A DNA stretch of 64,000 nucleotides from Macrostomum lignano (taxonomy: Eukaryota): contig NIVC01003894.1 in the NCBI GenBank assembly GCA_002269645.1, positions 1 through 64,000 of the forward strand, written 5' to 3'. The first letter of the stretch is position 1. Each line of letters begins with the position of its first letter. Positions 22,490 to 35,268 of the stretch are shown here, piece by piece. The translations under genes were made by a program, and so were the position numbers. Below the pieces are notes generated by a model. The model was not told the origin of the DNA. It saw nothing but the letters and a program-made list of their open reading frames with translations, and did not search any database.

Positions 22490-23426
22490 GCAACATTGGG
22501 ATCAGACTAGGGCTCACCAGTAGTGGGATCAGACTGGGGCTCACCTTGATGCTGCAACATTGGGATCAGACTGGGGCTCACCTTGATGCTGCAACATTGG
22601 GATCAGACTGGGGCTCACCTTGATGCTGCAGCAGTGGGATCAGACTGGGGCTCACCTTAATGCTGCAGCAGTGGGATCAGACTGGGGCTCACCTTGATGC
22701 TGCAGCAGTGGGATCAGACTGGGGCTCACCTTGATGCTGCAGCAGTGGGATCAGACTGGGGCTCACCTTGATGCTGCAGCAGTGGGATCAGACTGGGGCT
22801 CACCTTGATGCTGCAGCCGTGGGATCAGACTGGGGCTCACCTTGATGCTGCAGCATTGGGATCAGACTGGGGCTCACCTTAATGCTGCAGCAGTGGGATC
22901 AGACTGGGGCTCACCTTAATGCTGCAGCAGTGGGATCAGACTGGGGCTCACCTTGATGCTGCAGCAGAGGGATCAGACTGGGGCTCACCTTGATGCTGCA
23001 GCCGTGGGATCAGACTGGGGCTCACCTTGATGCTGCAGCAGTGGGATCAGACTGGGGCTCACCTTAATGCTGCAGCAGTGGGATCAGACTGGGGCTCACC
23101 TTGATGCTGCAGCAGTGGGATCAGACTGGGGCTCACCTTGATGCTGCAGCCGTGGGATCAGACTGGGGCTCACCTTGATGCTGCAGCATTGGGATCAGAC
23201 TGGGGCTCACCTTAATGCTGCAGCAGTGGGATCAGACTGGGGCTCACCTTAATGCTGCAGCAGTGGGATCAGACTGGGGCTCACCTTGATGCTGCAGCCG
23301 TGGGATCAGACTGGCTCACCTTGATGCTGCAGCAGAGGGATCAGACTGGGGCTCACCTTGATGCTGCAGCAGTGGGATCAGACTGGCTCACCTTGATGCT
23401 GCAGCAGAGGGATCAGACTGGCTCAC
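22490..23426 (-). repeat. 37-bp tandem array (~25 copies) filling Rpt1 intron 2
   Basis: Sense unit GTGAGCCCCAGTCTGATCCCACTGCTGCAGCATCAAG; some 35-bp variants. Confidence 0.97.
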
Positions 23427-23879
23427 CTTGATGTTGCCCCTGGGGTCGAAACCGTCCAGCTGGTTGATGAGCTCCAGCATGGTCCGCTGCACCTCATTGT
23501 CGCCACCGGCGCCATCGTCGAAGCGGGTGCCGCCGATGGCGTCGATCTCGTCGAAAAAGACGATGCAGGCCTTCTTGGAGCGGGCCAGCTCGAACAGCTC
23601 GCGCACCATGCGGGCGCCCTCGCCGACGTACTTCTGCACCAGCTCGGAGCCGATGACGCGAATGAAGCAGGCGTCAGTGCGGTTGGCCACGGCCCTGGCG
23701 CAGAGGGTCTTGCCGGTCCCGGGCGGGCCGTACAGCAGAACGCCTTTAGGAGGCTCAATGCCCAGCTGCACGAAGCTCTCCGGGTGCAGCAGCGGCTTTT
23801 CGACGACCTCGCGCAGCTTCTCGATCTGCTCCTTGCAGCCGCCGACGTCAGAGTAGGTCACGTCCGGCTTTTCTTCCAC
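23427..23879 (-). CDS. PSMC2: 26S proteasome regulatory ATPase Rpt1, exon 2
   Basis: Walker A GPPGTGKT, Walker [27 protein letters not shown]; bounded by AG and GT. Confidence 0.97.
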
Positions 23880-23955
23880 CTGAGCGGGCAAGGAAACAGA
23901 CTGGTGAAGCTGGGGCGCACACGGCAAAGCGTAAGTTTTGAGGCCAATCATAAAG

Positions 23956-24210
23956 AGGCTGGGGCAGCATTGCATGCTGAAGAACTGAGGGCTGGGGCAG
24001 CAATGCATGCTGAAGAACTGAGGACTGGGCAGCATTGCATGCTGAAGAACTGAGGGCTGGGGCAGCAATGGATGCTGAAGAACTGGGGCTGGGGCAGCAA
24101 TGGATGCTGAAGAACTGAGGGCTGGGGCAGCAATGGATGCTGAAGAACTGAGGGCTGGGGCAGCAATGCATGCAGAAGAACTGAGGGCTGGGGCAGCAAT
24201 GGATGCTGGA
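23956..24210. repeat. 33-bp tandem array (~8 copies) in Rpt1 intron 1
   Basis: Unit gctggggcagcaatggatgctgaagaactgagg. Confidence 0.92.
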
Positions 24211-24263
24211 CTAAGGGCAGGATACCTAATACTCGAAACGAAGCACATGGGTTCTAATCGCAC

Positions 24264-24761
24264 CTGCATCATGGTGACGCTGGGATCAATTTTGGGCGGC
24301 AGCGGGATGTGGATCTGAAATTTGTTCCGGTCCACGCCGACCCGCATGCCCTCCTCGATGTCGGTGGGGGCGACGGTGTCAGCCAGGTTGGAGACAAACT
24401 TGGCGTACTGCTTCACGTTGATGATGTACTTCGGGTCGTCTGAATCCGCGTTGATGATCTTTGTGCAGCGGGCCACCTGCAGCGGGGTCTCGTTCTGCAG
24501 GGCGAGCTTGTCCGCTGCCAGGTCCCAGTGGGCGGGCGGCGCCAGGCCCGTGTCGGACTCCTTGATGCCCGTCAGCTCGATGACTCGCTTCATGATGGCG
24601 TCCATGTCCTCCTGGCACTTCTTGGTCTCCTCGCTGTACGGAGCAGCGCCGTAGGTCTTCATCAGGGCGATGTCGCCCTCGTCCAGGTCCTTGGCGGGCA
24701 CGGCGGAGGCTTTGTCGTCCTCCTTCACCTTGCGCTGGTCGGCACCGAGGTAGTCGGGCAT
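24264..24761 (-). CDS. PSMC2: 26S proteasome regulatory ATPase Rpt1, exon 1
   Basis: [11 protein letters not shown]...[14 protein letters not shown]...[11 protein letters not shown]...[10 protein letters not shown]. The three exons total 434 aa. Confidence 0.97.
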
Positions 24762-26644
24762 GTTGAGACCGCTAAGAGCTGAGGAGCAGGAGATAAGCGC
24801 GAGTTAGAGAAAGTTGTGCATTGGGGATCTGACAAAACAAGAAAGATTATTGTGTCTCATTTAAATCTGGATAAGATTTAGTTGTGCATATTGACTCACT
24901 GGCTATGTGAAACAGTCACTACATATAAAAAAGTCATTGCATATAAGTTTAAAACAAGCCACTAGCCAATTATGCTATAAATTTCTAGTGTAAAATAAAA
25001 ACTTATGATTTCTTGGGTTGCTGGGAATTCCCGGTGCTGGGAGAGGGTGAGGAGACCAGTTCAAGCTTTGGTGCCGCTAGAGATTCAGTCTTAAGTCATT
25101 TTTTTGTTCGCTGTTCAGCTCGTTTTTTGCATTTGGCTTTGCTACTGAATTTTCAACTTTTGTTGTTATATTGATAATCTGTTTGGTTGATTTGGTTTAT
25201 TATGTTAAATTGCATTGTTTTTTTTCTGCGTTTGCGTTTGGCATTTTTTGAGTTTTTGCAATTCTCATCATTTTTTTCAGTAATTGGGTTTCATTTTCCA
25301 TCCCGTTTCGAATTGACATATTATAGTAAAGTCCAATTAGTTTATCCGCTTCTTTCCTAGAGAATTGTTTGTTTTGGTTATTGTTAAATTTATTTAATTT
25401 CACTCAATATATCTCATTTCAATTGAGTTCACCATAGTTACACCAAATATACGAGTATTTTCAAAATTGGTGTTAATATTCGAAGGTTAATTTCTGAGAA
25501 AAATGCTTCCCATTTTTGGGGGAGTGTCACATTCTTTGGTGCATGCATGCTAGTGGAGTGGTTAACTCTATTTTCGATTTTTTATTATTAGCCTATAACC
25601 ACCCCTCTCCATCAGTCTTTTCCTATGTATGCACTTGTGAGGGCGGCAACGTACTTGTAGACTGCCCAGCTAGACAGCAAATATATATCAGCCAGGAGGC
25701 CACTGGCCTGAGCACCTTGCGCTTTCTTAATTGTTATTTTTACAACATGTGCCTGGGCACATTTAGCCTAAAAGCCTTGGTTGGTAAGTCACACATTTAA
25801 AACCATACTAGTTTACATTGGCCATGCAACTTAATTTTAAAAATACTTCTTTACTCCAATAGCCAGTTGCAACACTCAAATGTTTTATTTCTTTTTCCCC
25901 ATGCATTGGTCATGCATATTGAGAACTTTTTTAATATAAATAGAATCAATTGTACTTGCAAAATTGAAAAAATGTCCTAGAATAAATTTATTATGATCAA
26001 GACTATAAGCCAAAAATGGTAGAATACAAATTGTGGCTAAAATGAGATTATAAATGAAATTAAATATTTTTAGACTAGTGCCCAAAGTTAAGATAAATAT
26101 TATACTTTTCAAATGACAATCTTTCTTAGACAAAAAGACTTACTTAAATAAGAACTCTAGACAAAATATCTTATACTCCACTTTAGAATATTTGTCTGAA
26201 ATTGTTTCTGAAATCTACTGCATACCCAAAAAGAACTCATTTTTAGCATATTGGATTCCATTAGTATTAAAGTTAATTAAACCATATACCTTTTCACTTT
26301 CAGTTTTGAAATACCAGCAACCAACTTTAATAGGTTTGGAATCTGATTCTGCCCCTTTTTGGCTGTGGCAGCTTTGGTTTTCAACCAGTTTCAACAAACT
26401 ACAATACAAATTTAATAGTTTGCATGTACTTCCAACATACAGTGAATCAGTTCTAACAGCTGCCAACCTATTCCATTAAGTACAATTTTGTAAAGCATCT
26501 TTTTCAGCCAATTGTAACAAATTATAATGGAGGTCTCATATTTACTTTGGTTTAAAAAAAGATGCTAGATTTCATTGAAGAAACCATTAAAACAAACTTA
26601 AGTGTGACTTTAGCTGAGTTGAAAACTAGATTATATACTCAATG

Positions 26645-26836
26645 GGCTATATGCAGAAAGCTTAGTCTAGACTAGCTAGTCCAGACTTGGGTAGTTCAGT
26701 CTATGGTCTATGGTCTAGCTACCCTAGTTCTGTATATAGTAGACTAGTCTAACTTTGTGTTTTTGCATACCAAATCCAAGTCCAAACTAGCTTTTCAAGA
26801 CTGGACTACCCTAGACAGAGCTTTCTGCATATGGCC
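26645..26836. mobile_element. Small MITE-like element (GGCY-ended TIR, possibly PIF/Harbinger-like)
   Basis: 18-bp inverted repeat ggctatatgcagaaagct/agctttctgcatatggcc with 1 mismatch; TSD not clean. Confidence 0.45.
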
Positions 26837-27807
26837 TAATATCTTGACAAGTATGAGGTCTCCATTGCAACAATTGGTTAGTACCTTGAAAGGCTATTGT
26901 ATATAACAAAGCTTATAAAAAGTTGTTAATAGAGAGAAATTCATTGGCAAATCTGGAATAGCATTGTGCCTATTATGAGTAGTGGTGTAGTCCTACAATA
27001 ATCATAGTTCAAAGATCCATATAGACAAGTTTGGCTTCAATTGTTAGACACAACACATGTAAAGACACATTTTTTAAGGCCAAAGGGTATATAGACTTAT
27101 TACAAGTTTAAACTGTCTTTATTCATTGGTTTTTCTACATTGTATCTCTATGGGTTGGATTAATACACATCTAAATTTATTATTAGCATGACAAGAGTGT
27201 TTTGGTGAATTTTTCAATATCTTTCTTAGCTAGAGCCTAACAATATCCAATCTGCATTTTTGAATTGTTAGCATTTATTATTATCTTTTCTATGATAATA
27301 TGAGTAATTATAGTGATAGTAAAGACCAAGAAGTTGCTAGAGTTGTTTAAATGTTTCAGTCTATCTTAGTCTATTCTTGATATTAGTTAAGAATACAATT
27401 TCTACCTAGAAAGCTATTATCAAAGTCAAGCTTATAGGAAACATGGATATTTGTCATATTCCTAAACTATACCAACAACATTGACTAGACAAAATAAGGC
27501 TATCTATTGGTAAGACCTTCTAGAAGCTATTACAAATAACACAGAATTAAATGTTATGATGCCTAACAATATATGGTAGCTCGTATAGCCACTGTTTGAC
27601 CTATATATATATTACAATTGAATTGCAGTTATATCAAGTAATGACTAATACTTATAAATCATGGCTATAGCTTATAACTATCTAATCATATTGTGTTTAT
27701 TTTAATACTATTATATTTTTTAATAGGTTTAATTGATTTTTTCAATTTACTTATGATTGTATTGGCCTGTTTATATAAATATTACTTATGAGCCCTTTGT
27801 ATACTAT

Positions 27808-28086
27808 CATACATGCGCAACCTCCAAAATTTGGTCAGCCGTGCAACTTAGTTTTAACAAAAATGCGACATAGTTTGAGCATGTAAAAAAACTGTAAAGC
27901 AAAATAATGCAGCATAGGGTAAACGGAAGGAGTAACTATGACTCTCTTATTAAGCCAAAATGCCTCATCAGCTACTTAGTACTACTACTTGGGTGTTTTT
28001 TGGGTGGGCATTTTTGCAACTTCCTTGGTTGGTCACCAAATTGGTCGGCCAGATCGGCTGACTTGGCCGACTGTTGCGCATGTATG
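27808..28086. mobile_element. MITE family A copy 2
   Basis: Same perfect 14-bp TIR; 8-bp TSD tatactat (27800-27807, 28087-28094). Confidence 0.9.
27917..27980 (+). other. 28S rRNA-derived fragment inside MITE copy 2
   Basis: First 33 nt match the conserved LSU sequence at 31/33; same alteration at the TTAAGGTAGC site as copy 1. Confidence 0.88.
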
Positions 28087-29986
28087 TATACTATTTTAGT
28101 TTTAGAGGATGATAAGCATTTAAATACAAAAATTGTCTTAAAATGATTGTGTTCTAGAACTTATATATATTTGTATGTGTACTTAAAAGGAAATTAAACC
28201 AAATTGCAATAAAAATGCTAAGCACAGCCAGCAACCCCAGACAGCATCATCAGCAGCAGCCTTATTTATAATGTTTCACTCAAGAGAATATCACAACTAA
28301 AAGTGCTAGTGAAGTGAGCACTAGTTTAGTGTTAGGTGCCCCACTTTTGTCAGCAGTTCCCTGCGCCCTTTGAGCTGTTGACTGCCGCTGGTCGCAGCTC
28401 TCCCTCTCCCTTCCCTTTTTTCCTCTCCTGCAGAAAGGAAATGAACTAGAAAATGGGGACAAATGCCCTTTGGCCCCATTTGTCCTTTTGGCTGCCTGCA
28501 TTTCTTCTCTTGCCCCCTTTTCTGGTTCCTCCGCCTTCCTAGTGTCTGAGCTTCTCTACTCAGCCTGCTCTTGGTTCATTGTCTATCTGGCCTCTCTCCC
28601 CTTTTCTTGTGTGGCTGCATTTGTTTAGTTTGAGTTCAGTGTTCAGGCTGTACTCTCCTTCTGGCTTGTACGATAGCAGATCACATGCCCTTAGGTGCTC
28701 TGTCCTTTTCTTGTGCTGCCTTGTGCAATCTTGGGTGTCAGTCTCTAAATTAGAAACAGTGTCCTTGCCTCCCCGGCAAGGCTCCGCGCTTGTTTCTAAA
28801 AATAGAACTGAATCATGCCAGGTTGGGGAGGTGCAGTGAGAGCGGCCTTGCGTACTCTGGTGCAATGGGGGATTGCACTGTATGGTGAAATTAATCTGCT
28901 ATCCTATAAGTACGGGCCTCTTGTGTCTCAGTTCTAGCAACCTTGGTTCTGTTCTGACCCTTCCTCTCACCTCTCTCTTGACTCCCCTTTATTTTATAAG
29001 TCTGGACTAAGCATTGTCCTAACTTATAAGACTTGCGCATCTCATGCTAGCCTTTGCAAACTCCATTATAACTTTGGATCCATATTGACTGTGTGACTGC
29101 CACGGTTCGGATTGTGTAATAGTGTACGCTGGAACAAGAATCCTATCTCAGCTAAATGTATGCCAGTGTACGCCAAAAACAAAACAATTCCCTAAAATGT
29201 ACGCCAAAAATTCCTCCTAAAAAAGGTCATTCAGTTTTCACAAGTAGAGTTTTATAGGAATGGCTTTCGTACAAAATTTTTTTTAAATATTACGAATATT
29301 TTCATTTTAAACAAACTTAAGTTAAACCTACAGAAAAAAGAATGCAAAATTTACATTTTTAGCAATAATTTACACAAGTTTTATTCATTGTTAATTTTAA
29401 AAAAGCAAAAAGTTTATCACTGACTTTCTAGACTATATAAATTTTCCTTCATTTACATTACAATTTTTAATTTTTATACACAGCATGAATTTATGAAGGG
29501 TCACCAAAATTGGTATGCCAAAAATTTCTTGAGCTCAAAGTGGTACACCAAAGTGGTATGCCAAAATAGCCAAACTTTTCAATGGTATGCCAGAAAATTC
29601 CGGCTTACATGTAACCTTCCTGAGTGTGGTATGACTGAGCTTGTGCAGATAATCTCAACCCAGTTAACAAGAACTAGCACAGTTCCCAATCCCTGCACTT
29701 GAGCCTAGCAGGACTGCTAACAAGGTATGCACTGGTGCAAACTGTCAAATCTACATGGCATGCTGATTTCTTGAGTCTTGTTTATTTCGCTTAGCCTGGA
29801 GCCTCTCTCATTGAAGGACAAGATCTGAGTGAGCTGGTGGCAGCATTTACCAATGCTACTAAAAGCAACTAGGTTTCTTAGGAAAGTTGGCCAATAGTCT
29901 AAGTGACTGATTGGGAAGTGAACAACAGTCTGTACTTCGCTGGTGGCAGTGGTAGGATTTCAAGACCTGCCAGGCTATCACTAGAC

Positions 29987-30575
29987 CTATAGTCAGGATG
30001 ATGTACATTATGCCAGAAATTTCCGGCGTACAATTGAAAATTTTACTTTTTTTGGCATACAATTGGCATAAAAAAATGAGGCAAAATATATTTGGCGTAC
30101 CTTTTGGCGTGACGCCATGGCGTAAATATGCCAAGCAGCATACGCCAACTCCAATCTTCACGCCAAAGTTAATATTAACAAATTGTTGGCATAACGCTGT
30201 AACCTCAGAATCTTATTATAAAATCATAAAAACCCTAAAACTCATAAGATGAAAGTTCATAACCATTGGTAATTTATAAAAATTTAAAATTCCACGCAAA
30301 CTAATTGTGTCAATTTTCTAAAAAAACTTAAACAAAAAATTGATTTTTGTTGGCATTATCTGTAAGCCAATTTACTTTAAATGAAAACCACACATTTGTT
30401 AAATTTTTATTGTTAAAAATGTGTAACACGCAAAAAAGGTCATTTATTGTCGCAAAGCCTAGAAAACCTGGCGTAAGTTCCTAGGACCTTGGCGTACGTT
30501 TCAGTATGAAGTGGCGCAGATTTTTTTAGGGGACTTTTTATTCCGGCATATACCATGACATGATCCTGACTATGG
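29987..30575. mobile_element. MITE family B (8-bp TSD)
   Basis: TIR c(c/t)atagtcaggat(c/g)atgt; flanking direct repeat cactagac (29979-29986, 30576-30583); many internal gccaaa/tttggcg subterminal motifs. Confidence 0.65.
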
Positions 30576-30965
30576 CACTAGACCAACTAGACAAAGTATA
30601 AACACTTCACTAAAAAATAAAAATTAGTTGCCAAATGTATTGTTAGATAATTGCTTATTAGTTGTTTATTAGTTAATTAATTAATTAGGAAAAAATTAAA
30701 TAAAAGATCCATTGTTATTCATAAAATTTTATATTATTCACAAAAAATTGATTATTATATAGGTAGGTCTTGGCCTAATAGATGGGATATTGAATGTAGA
30801 ATGTAGATTAGTAAAATCATAAAATGCCTTTTTAAAATAACTATATAAAACAAGCTTTTTGTTTACTAGTTAGGCCTTAGTCTAACTCCAAGTTTGACTT
30901 AATTAAGGTCTAATATCATTTATATTAGAATTAATAAATAAATAATCTTTTGATATCTATTTTGG

Positions 30966-31760
30966 TATAGGTTCAGATTTTTACTCTAAATTAATTTAAC
31001 TTTTTTAACTTTTCAGCCAATGGCAGGCCAACCTACAGTGCCCATAACCATTGTACAGATACCTTCACTTCAGTCCAGTGATTGACAGCCAGATTGTATA
31101 GGACAAAGCTGTTCTAAAGCTCTGCAGAAGGTACAATGGTTGTGGGCAATGCAGGTTGGCCTGCCATTCCTAAATGGAATTCTTGCAGAAAAATCACAAC
31201 GCATTATGCGATTGCGCGAAAAAAATGCGATTTTGTGTCAAAAAATCCGGAAAAAATGCGTCGCAGAATTTCAGACAAAATTGCTAATTCTTAATATATG
31301 CAAAAGTGCGCTTGAGATATAGGATTTTGCAAAAGATAATCCTACTAGCTAAGATCACAAAGAAAAAAAGAATAAAAAGTAGAAACTAAATAAGGCACAA
31401 AAGTAAAAATTCAAAAAAATTCTATAAAAAGTAGAAACTCGTAACATTCTTTAACATGCGTATTTGGACAAAAATTCAAATCACTACATTTTCTTAGAAT
31501 GCATTTTTCGTTATTGATATTAATTTTGAAGCTTTTATAGGTTCGGGCAATAGCTAAGCCATTAAAAAACTTGTTTTAACCATTTTGCAACGTGCTAAGT
31601 ACCAAAAAAAAAATGCGACCAATAAAAATATTTTGCGCGCCATAAAAAAATCGCATAATTCCATTTGACTTAAGAAATACAAAAAGTCCATCCTGGCTGC
31701 CATTGGCTAAAAAGTCGGAAAAAAGTTACAATAATTTAGAGTGGGAATCCGAAACTATTC
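30966..31760. mobile_element. Degenerate foldback/MITE relic with nested inverted repeats
   Basis: Imperfect ~60-bp outer IR (…actctaaatta…agccaatggcag) and inner aaatggaatt/aattccattt. Confidence 0.4.
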
Positions 31761-32400
31761 CTCTATATCTTGTCTAGGCCTAATCTTAGGCCTAACTTTA
31801 ACTTAATAAATAAATAAATAAATAAATCATTTCTTTAGAAGTTTAGGTGGCTATGGGCTTATGACATGGATGAATGATTAGGCCTAAAATTTAAATAGAA
31901 AATGTCATCTTTTTATTTATAATTTATCACAAAAACACCCAACAAACAGCAAAAACGACAAATCAAGTCAGTAGTCGTAGACCTTAAGACCTACAATTAG
32001 GGCTCACTCATAATAAATTCGAATTTCCTGGATGATAACTTCAATTTCAAAAGATGATGCTTAAAAGAAGCACCCAATAGGGTTATGCCAACGCTCGACT
32101 CTATAACAAGGAAGATTCAACTCAAGTAGTCCTAGTCTACTCCTACAACTTCAAGTAGGACTTGAGTCTTCATTAGAGGACCAGTTTCGTGGAATAAGAG
32201 TGATTAGATGGTTTTTCATTTGTACATAGTCAGCTTGCAAATGATTTTTAAATTAAAAAATAAACAGCTTTTTAAGCTAGTCACTAAGTAAGAGTAATTT
32301 GACATTGAATTTTTATCTTTGGAGCAAAACTACTTTTGACTTTGTTAAAATCATAACTATTTTTGTTCGTTGTAATTAAATTATGTCACTGAATACCCGG

Positions 32401-32764
32401 CGCCCCCCACCTCTAAAATTTTCTGGATTCGCGTCTGTCTGTTACCACTATCATGAATCAATGAAATTTATTGAAAAATTGTTTATTTGACTGGGTGCAT
32501 GCTGAGTAATTAAATTACTAATTATTTTATTAATCTGAATCGTCTTTCATTGTATTAAAATTTAAAGTTTGTTGTGTTACTCTGGTCCAGCGAGCCATGG
32601 CCCCCTCAACTGGAACCTACAATAATGACACTATATTATTTTCGCAGGTTGCCTCCCGACGCCCCCCGCCTCTAAAATTTTCTGGATTGGCGTCTGTCTG
32701 TTACCACTATCATGAATCAATGAAATTTATTGAAACATTGTTTATTTGACTGGGTGCATGCTGA
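32401..32764. repeat. 105-bp near-identical direct repeat pair (32401-32505, 32660-32764)
   Basis: Direct comparison shows only a few substitutions. Confidence 0.9.
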
Positions 32765-33569
32765 TTTCAAGACCGAAAAAAACTTGCCTCTTCGTGGTCC
32801 TGGATATTATATATACTTACATTGCAATTGATTTCGGCGATAAGAAAACACAGCAAAGTCACTGCATGTACGACTATTTCTCAAGTATCTCTATTTTCGC
32901 AACATTTGTTTGCATCTAATTCAAGTCAGTATGTGAATCTAGCTGTATCGTTCGGGGCGAGAAATTTGCGCATATCCACTGCAGTGTCATGGAGTTTATT
33001 CTCTAGCTGTTATATATAAAAATAAAATAAAGCTAATGGTGTGACGAATTTTAACGAGTGAATACACTGTATGCGGCTATTCAGTGACATGCTTAAAGCC
33101 TTCTCAAACGGCCCCAACTATCTATTGTCATGGCCAAAAAGCCATCTTTCACCGATAACGCGACCGTGCGGTAAATTCCAGCCAACCGCAGCAATTTCCC
33201 GCACGAATTCAAACTTGATATAATTTATTTCAAACTATACATGCATGTAATATTGTAATTTCAAACAATAAAACAAGCACAGACATGAAGCCTGATAACA
33301 AAACGAAGCAGCTTTTGTGACAAAACCGGTACATCAGGACAAGATGATACATGTACTTAGTGTAACACTACTGTCAGATGTGGCGTCGTTCAGATCTTGC
33401 CAAATGCCTCTTTAACGTCCCGTAGAAATTAGCACAGTATGTTATTCAGATTCTCCTTCGTACAGGAAGTCTCTTTGAACTTCATCGCCGGCGGATATGC
33501 TAAAACAACTTCCGAACGAGGCGAGGCCCTGCAAGTAGATAGCAGTACGTACCGTAATGTACATGCGCC

Positions 33570-33599
33570 TAACCCTAACCCTAACCCTAACCCTAACCC
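33570..33599. repeat. Interstitial telomere-type repeat (TAACCC)5
   Basis: Five perfect units, complement of TTAGGG. Confidence 0.9.
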
Positions 33600-34717
33600 G
33601 TGGGCCACCGCGCCCCTTGGCCTATAAAAATACAGAGCGTGGAGGGTTTTGCCTCAATTGAGTTTACTCCAAAATAAGCGACTTGACTTCATTTACACTG
33701 GCCAGGTCCATCAATCTCCGGTAACAATGAGAAGAATCTTTTGCTTGCTTCGTCTAGATCTTTGTCAAAATTTCCTGAGATACCCAGTTGCTCATCAACC
33801 AGCGCCGTCACTCCATGCCAGTCCAAAGCCTGGTCTACGAGGGTATCTCCGTATCCGTAAGACCCAAAATCATTTCATTTGGTAATTTAGAGAGGTCAAG
33901 TCTAGTGGTTCGAGACATTTTTGGCTCTTGTCTTTCATGTCTCGTCTCATCTTTCTGGCCCCAACCAGACTTTAAGTCACCGCTCTTGCAATCTCTTATA
34001 GTCTTAGTCTATAAAACTCCAGCTTCGTGTAAAAGCAATGTCAGTTTTAGCTGTCTTCCCCCTCCTAGCCGTAAGGTAAATTCCATTTCATCTGTCCATG
34101 GCTAAAATCCGGAGAAGGCTTCGCCAATAAATCAATGAATCTACTACCGCTTAGTTCCTTCGTGCGTAAATAGTCTATGGCACTCGTGCACGTAGCGATA
34201 AATAGATCTACCATTTGCCATAAACTATCAATATATACAACCAACAAAGTTCTCTTTCTCCGCTAGTTTGCGTGCGTCTGCGAAATCAATCACAAACACA
34301 TATGTTTGACGGAGTTTAGGCTCGGTCATAATTTAAAAGCAAGCTATAGACAGGGATGGCCTCAACTGCGATTTTGAATCATTTCCTGACTTTTAGGTGT
34401 TTTGACCATAGACAAAACTGAAGAGCTCACTTTGTATCACATTAGTCTATGGTCGATAAAATAAATTTTCATTCAGTTTCGAACTACAGTGCACTTATAA
34501 AGTTTACTTTGGTCAGAAGCCGAAAGCTAAAAAAATCGAACAAGTTTGAGCACTTGTCATGATGTGACATGAAGACATCAGCTAAATTTGTTTATGGGCC
34601 ATGCTTAACTTTCTCAGCAGCTAACAGACACTTGCTAAGCAGCCCATGCTTAACAGCAGGTTATAAGCTATTTAATAAATCAGTGGAGAAAAATCGACTT
34701 GTCTAAATTAAAGAAGG

Positions 34718-35268
34718 ATGTCTACGTCGACCGTGATCTTCTTCATTATCTCTGTTGGCACCTTCGCCATCTTGCTGATGCTGGCTGTGGCTCTGTTTCT
34801 AAAGAACAGATCTCAGGCCGCCGGATTCGGTGGGATTCAGAGCGACATCACCGCCTCCGCCAGGGCATCCTACAGCTGTGACGTGGAGCTCGTGGTTCTG
34901 GACGATACGATCCAGATTACAAACCTGGAGGACAAGCCAATGCGCCTGGAGGCCACTAGCACCGACAAGGGCTTTCAGCTCGTCTCCAGCGACCAGTGGC
35001 AGCAGAAGTTTGTCCAGGGCACTAATACCTACCGGATTTTCGCATCGTCTGTCAACGCTCATTTTGAGCAGGTGTCCGTCGAGTTGAAAGTGATGCCGAC
35101 TGAAGTGTCCATCCGGCCTGTGATGAGGAACGACAGCGCTCAAGTTATGATTTGGAAGATAAAACCCGTGCTGTACACCGGAAGCCGCCACCTGATGGAA
35201 CGGCAGGTATTTTCGGGTCGACTTCAAAAGACGGTAAATTTTGACCGAGCCCCGGGAAAATACTTCAG
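34718..35268 (+). CDS. Exon of unknown protein with N-terminal TM/signal anchor
   Basis: ATG ORF, hydrophobic VIFFIISVGTFAILLMLAVALFL, GC3-rich codons, donor CAG/GTAAG at 35269. Confidence 0.65.

Noticed and set aside
19077-23426. CRISPR-like arrays
   Set aside because: Units are head-to-tail with no unique spacers, no cas genes are present, and the context is eukaryotic.
23388-24761. 457-aa Rpt1 ORF as listed in the track
   Set aside because: It reads through intron 1 and into intron 2; the spliced 434-aa model fits PSMC2.
21863-24782. Plus-strand ORFs overlapping Rpt1
   Set aside because: Antisense shadows of GC3-rich codons.
25200-28865. Short ORFs possibly from decayed LINE or transposase sequence
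   Set aside because: No diagnostic motifs recognised.
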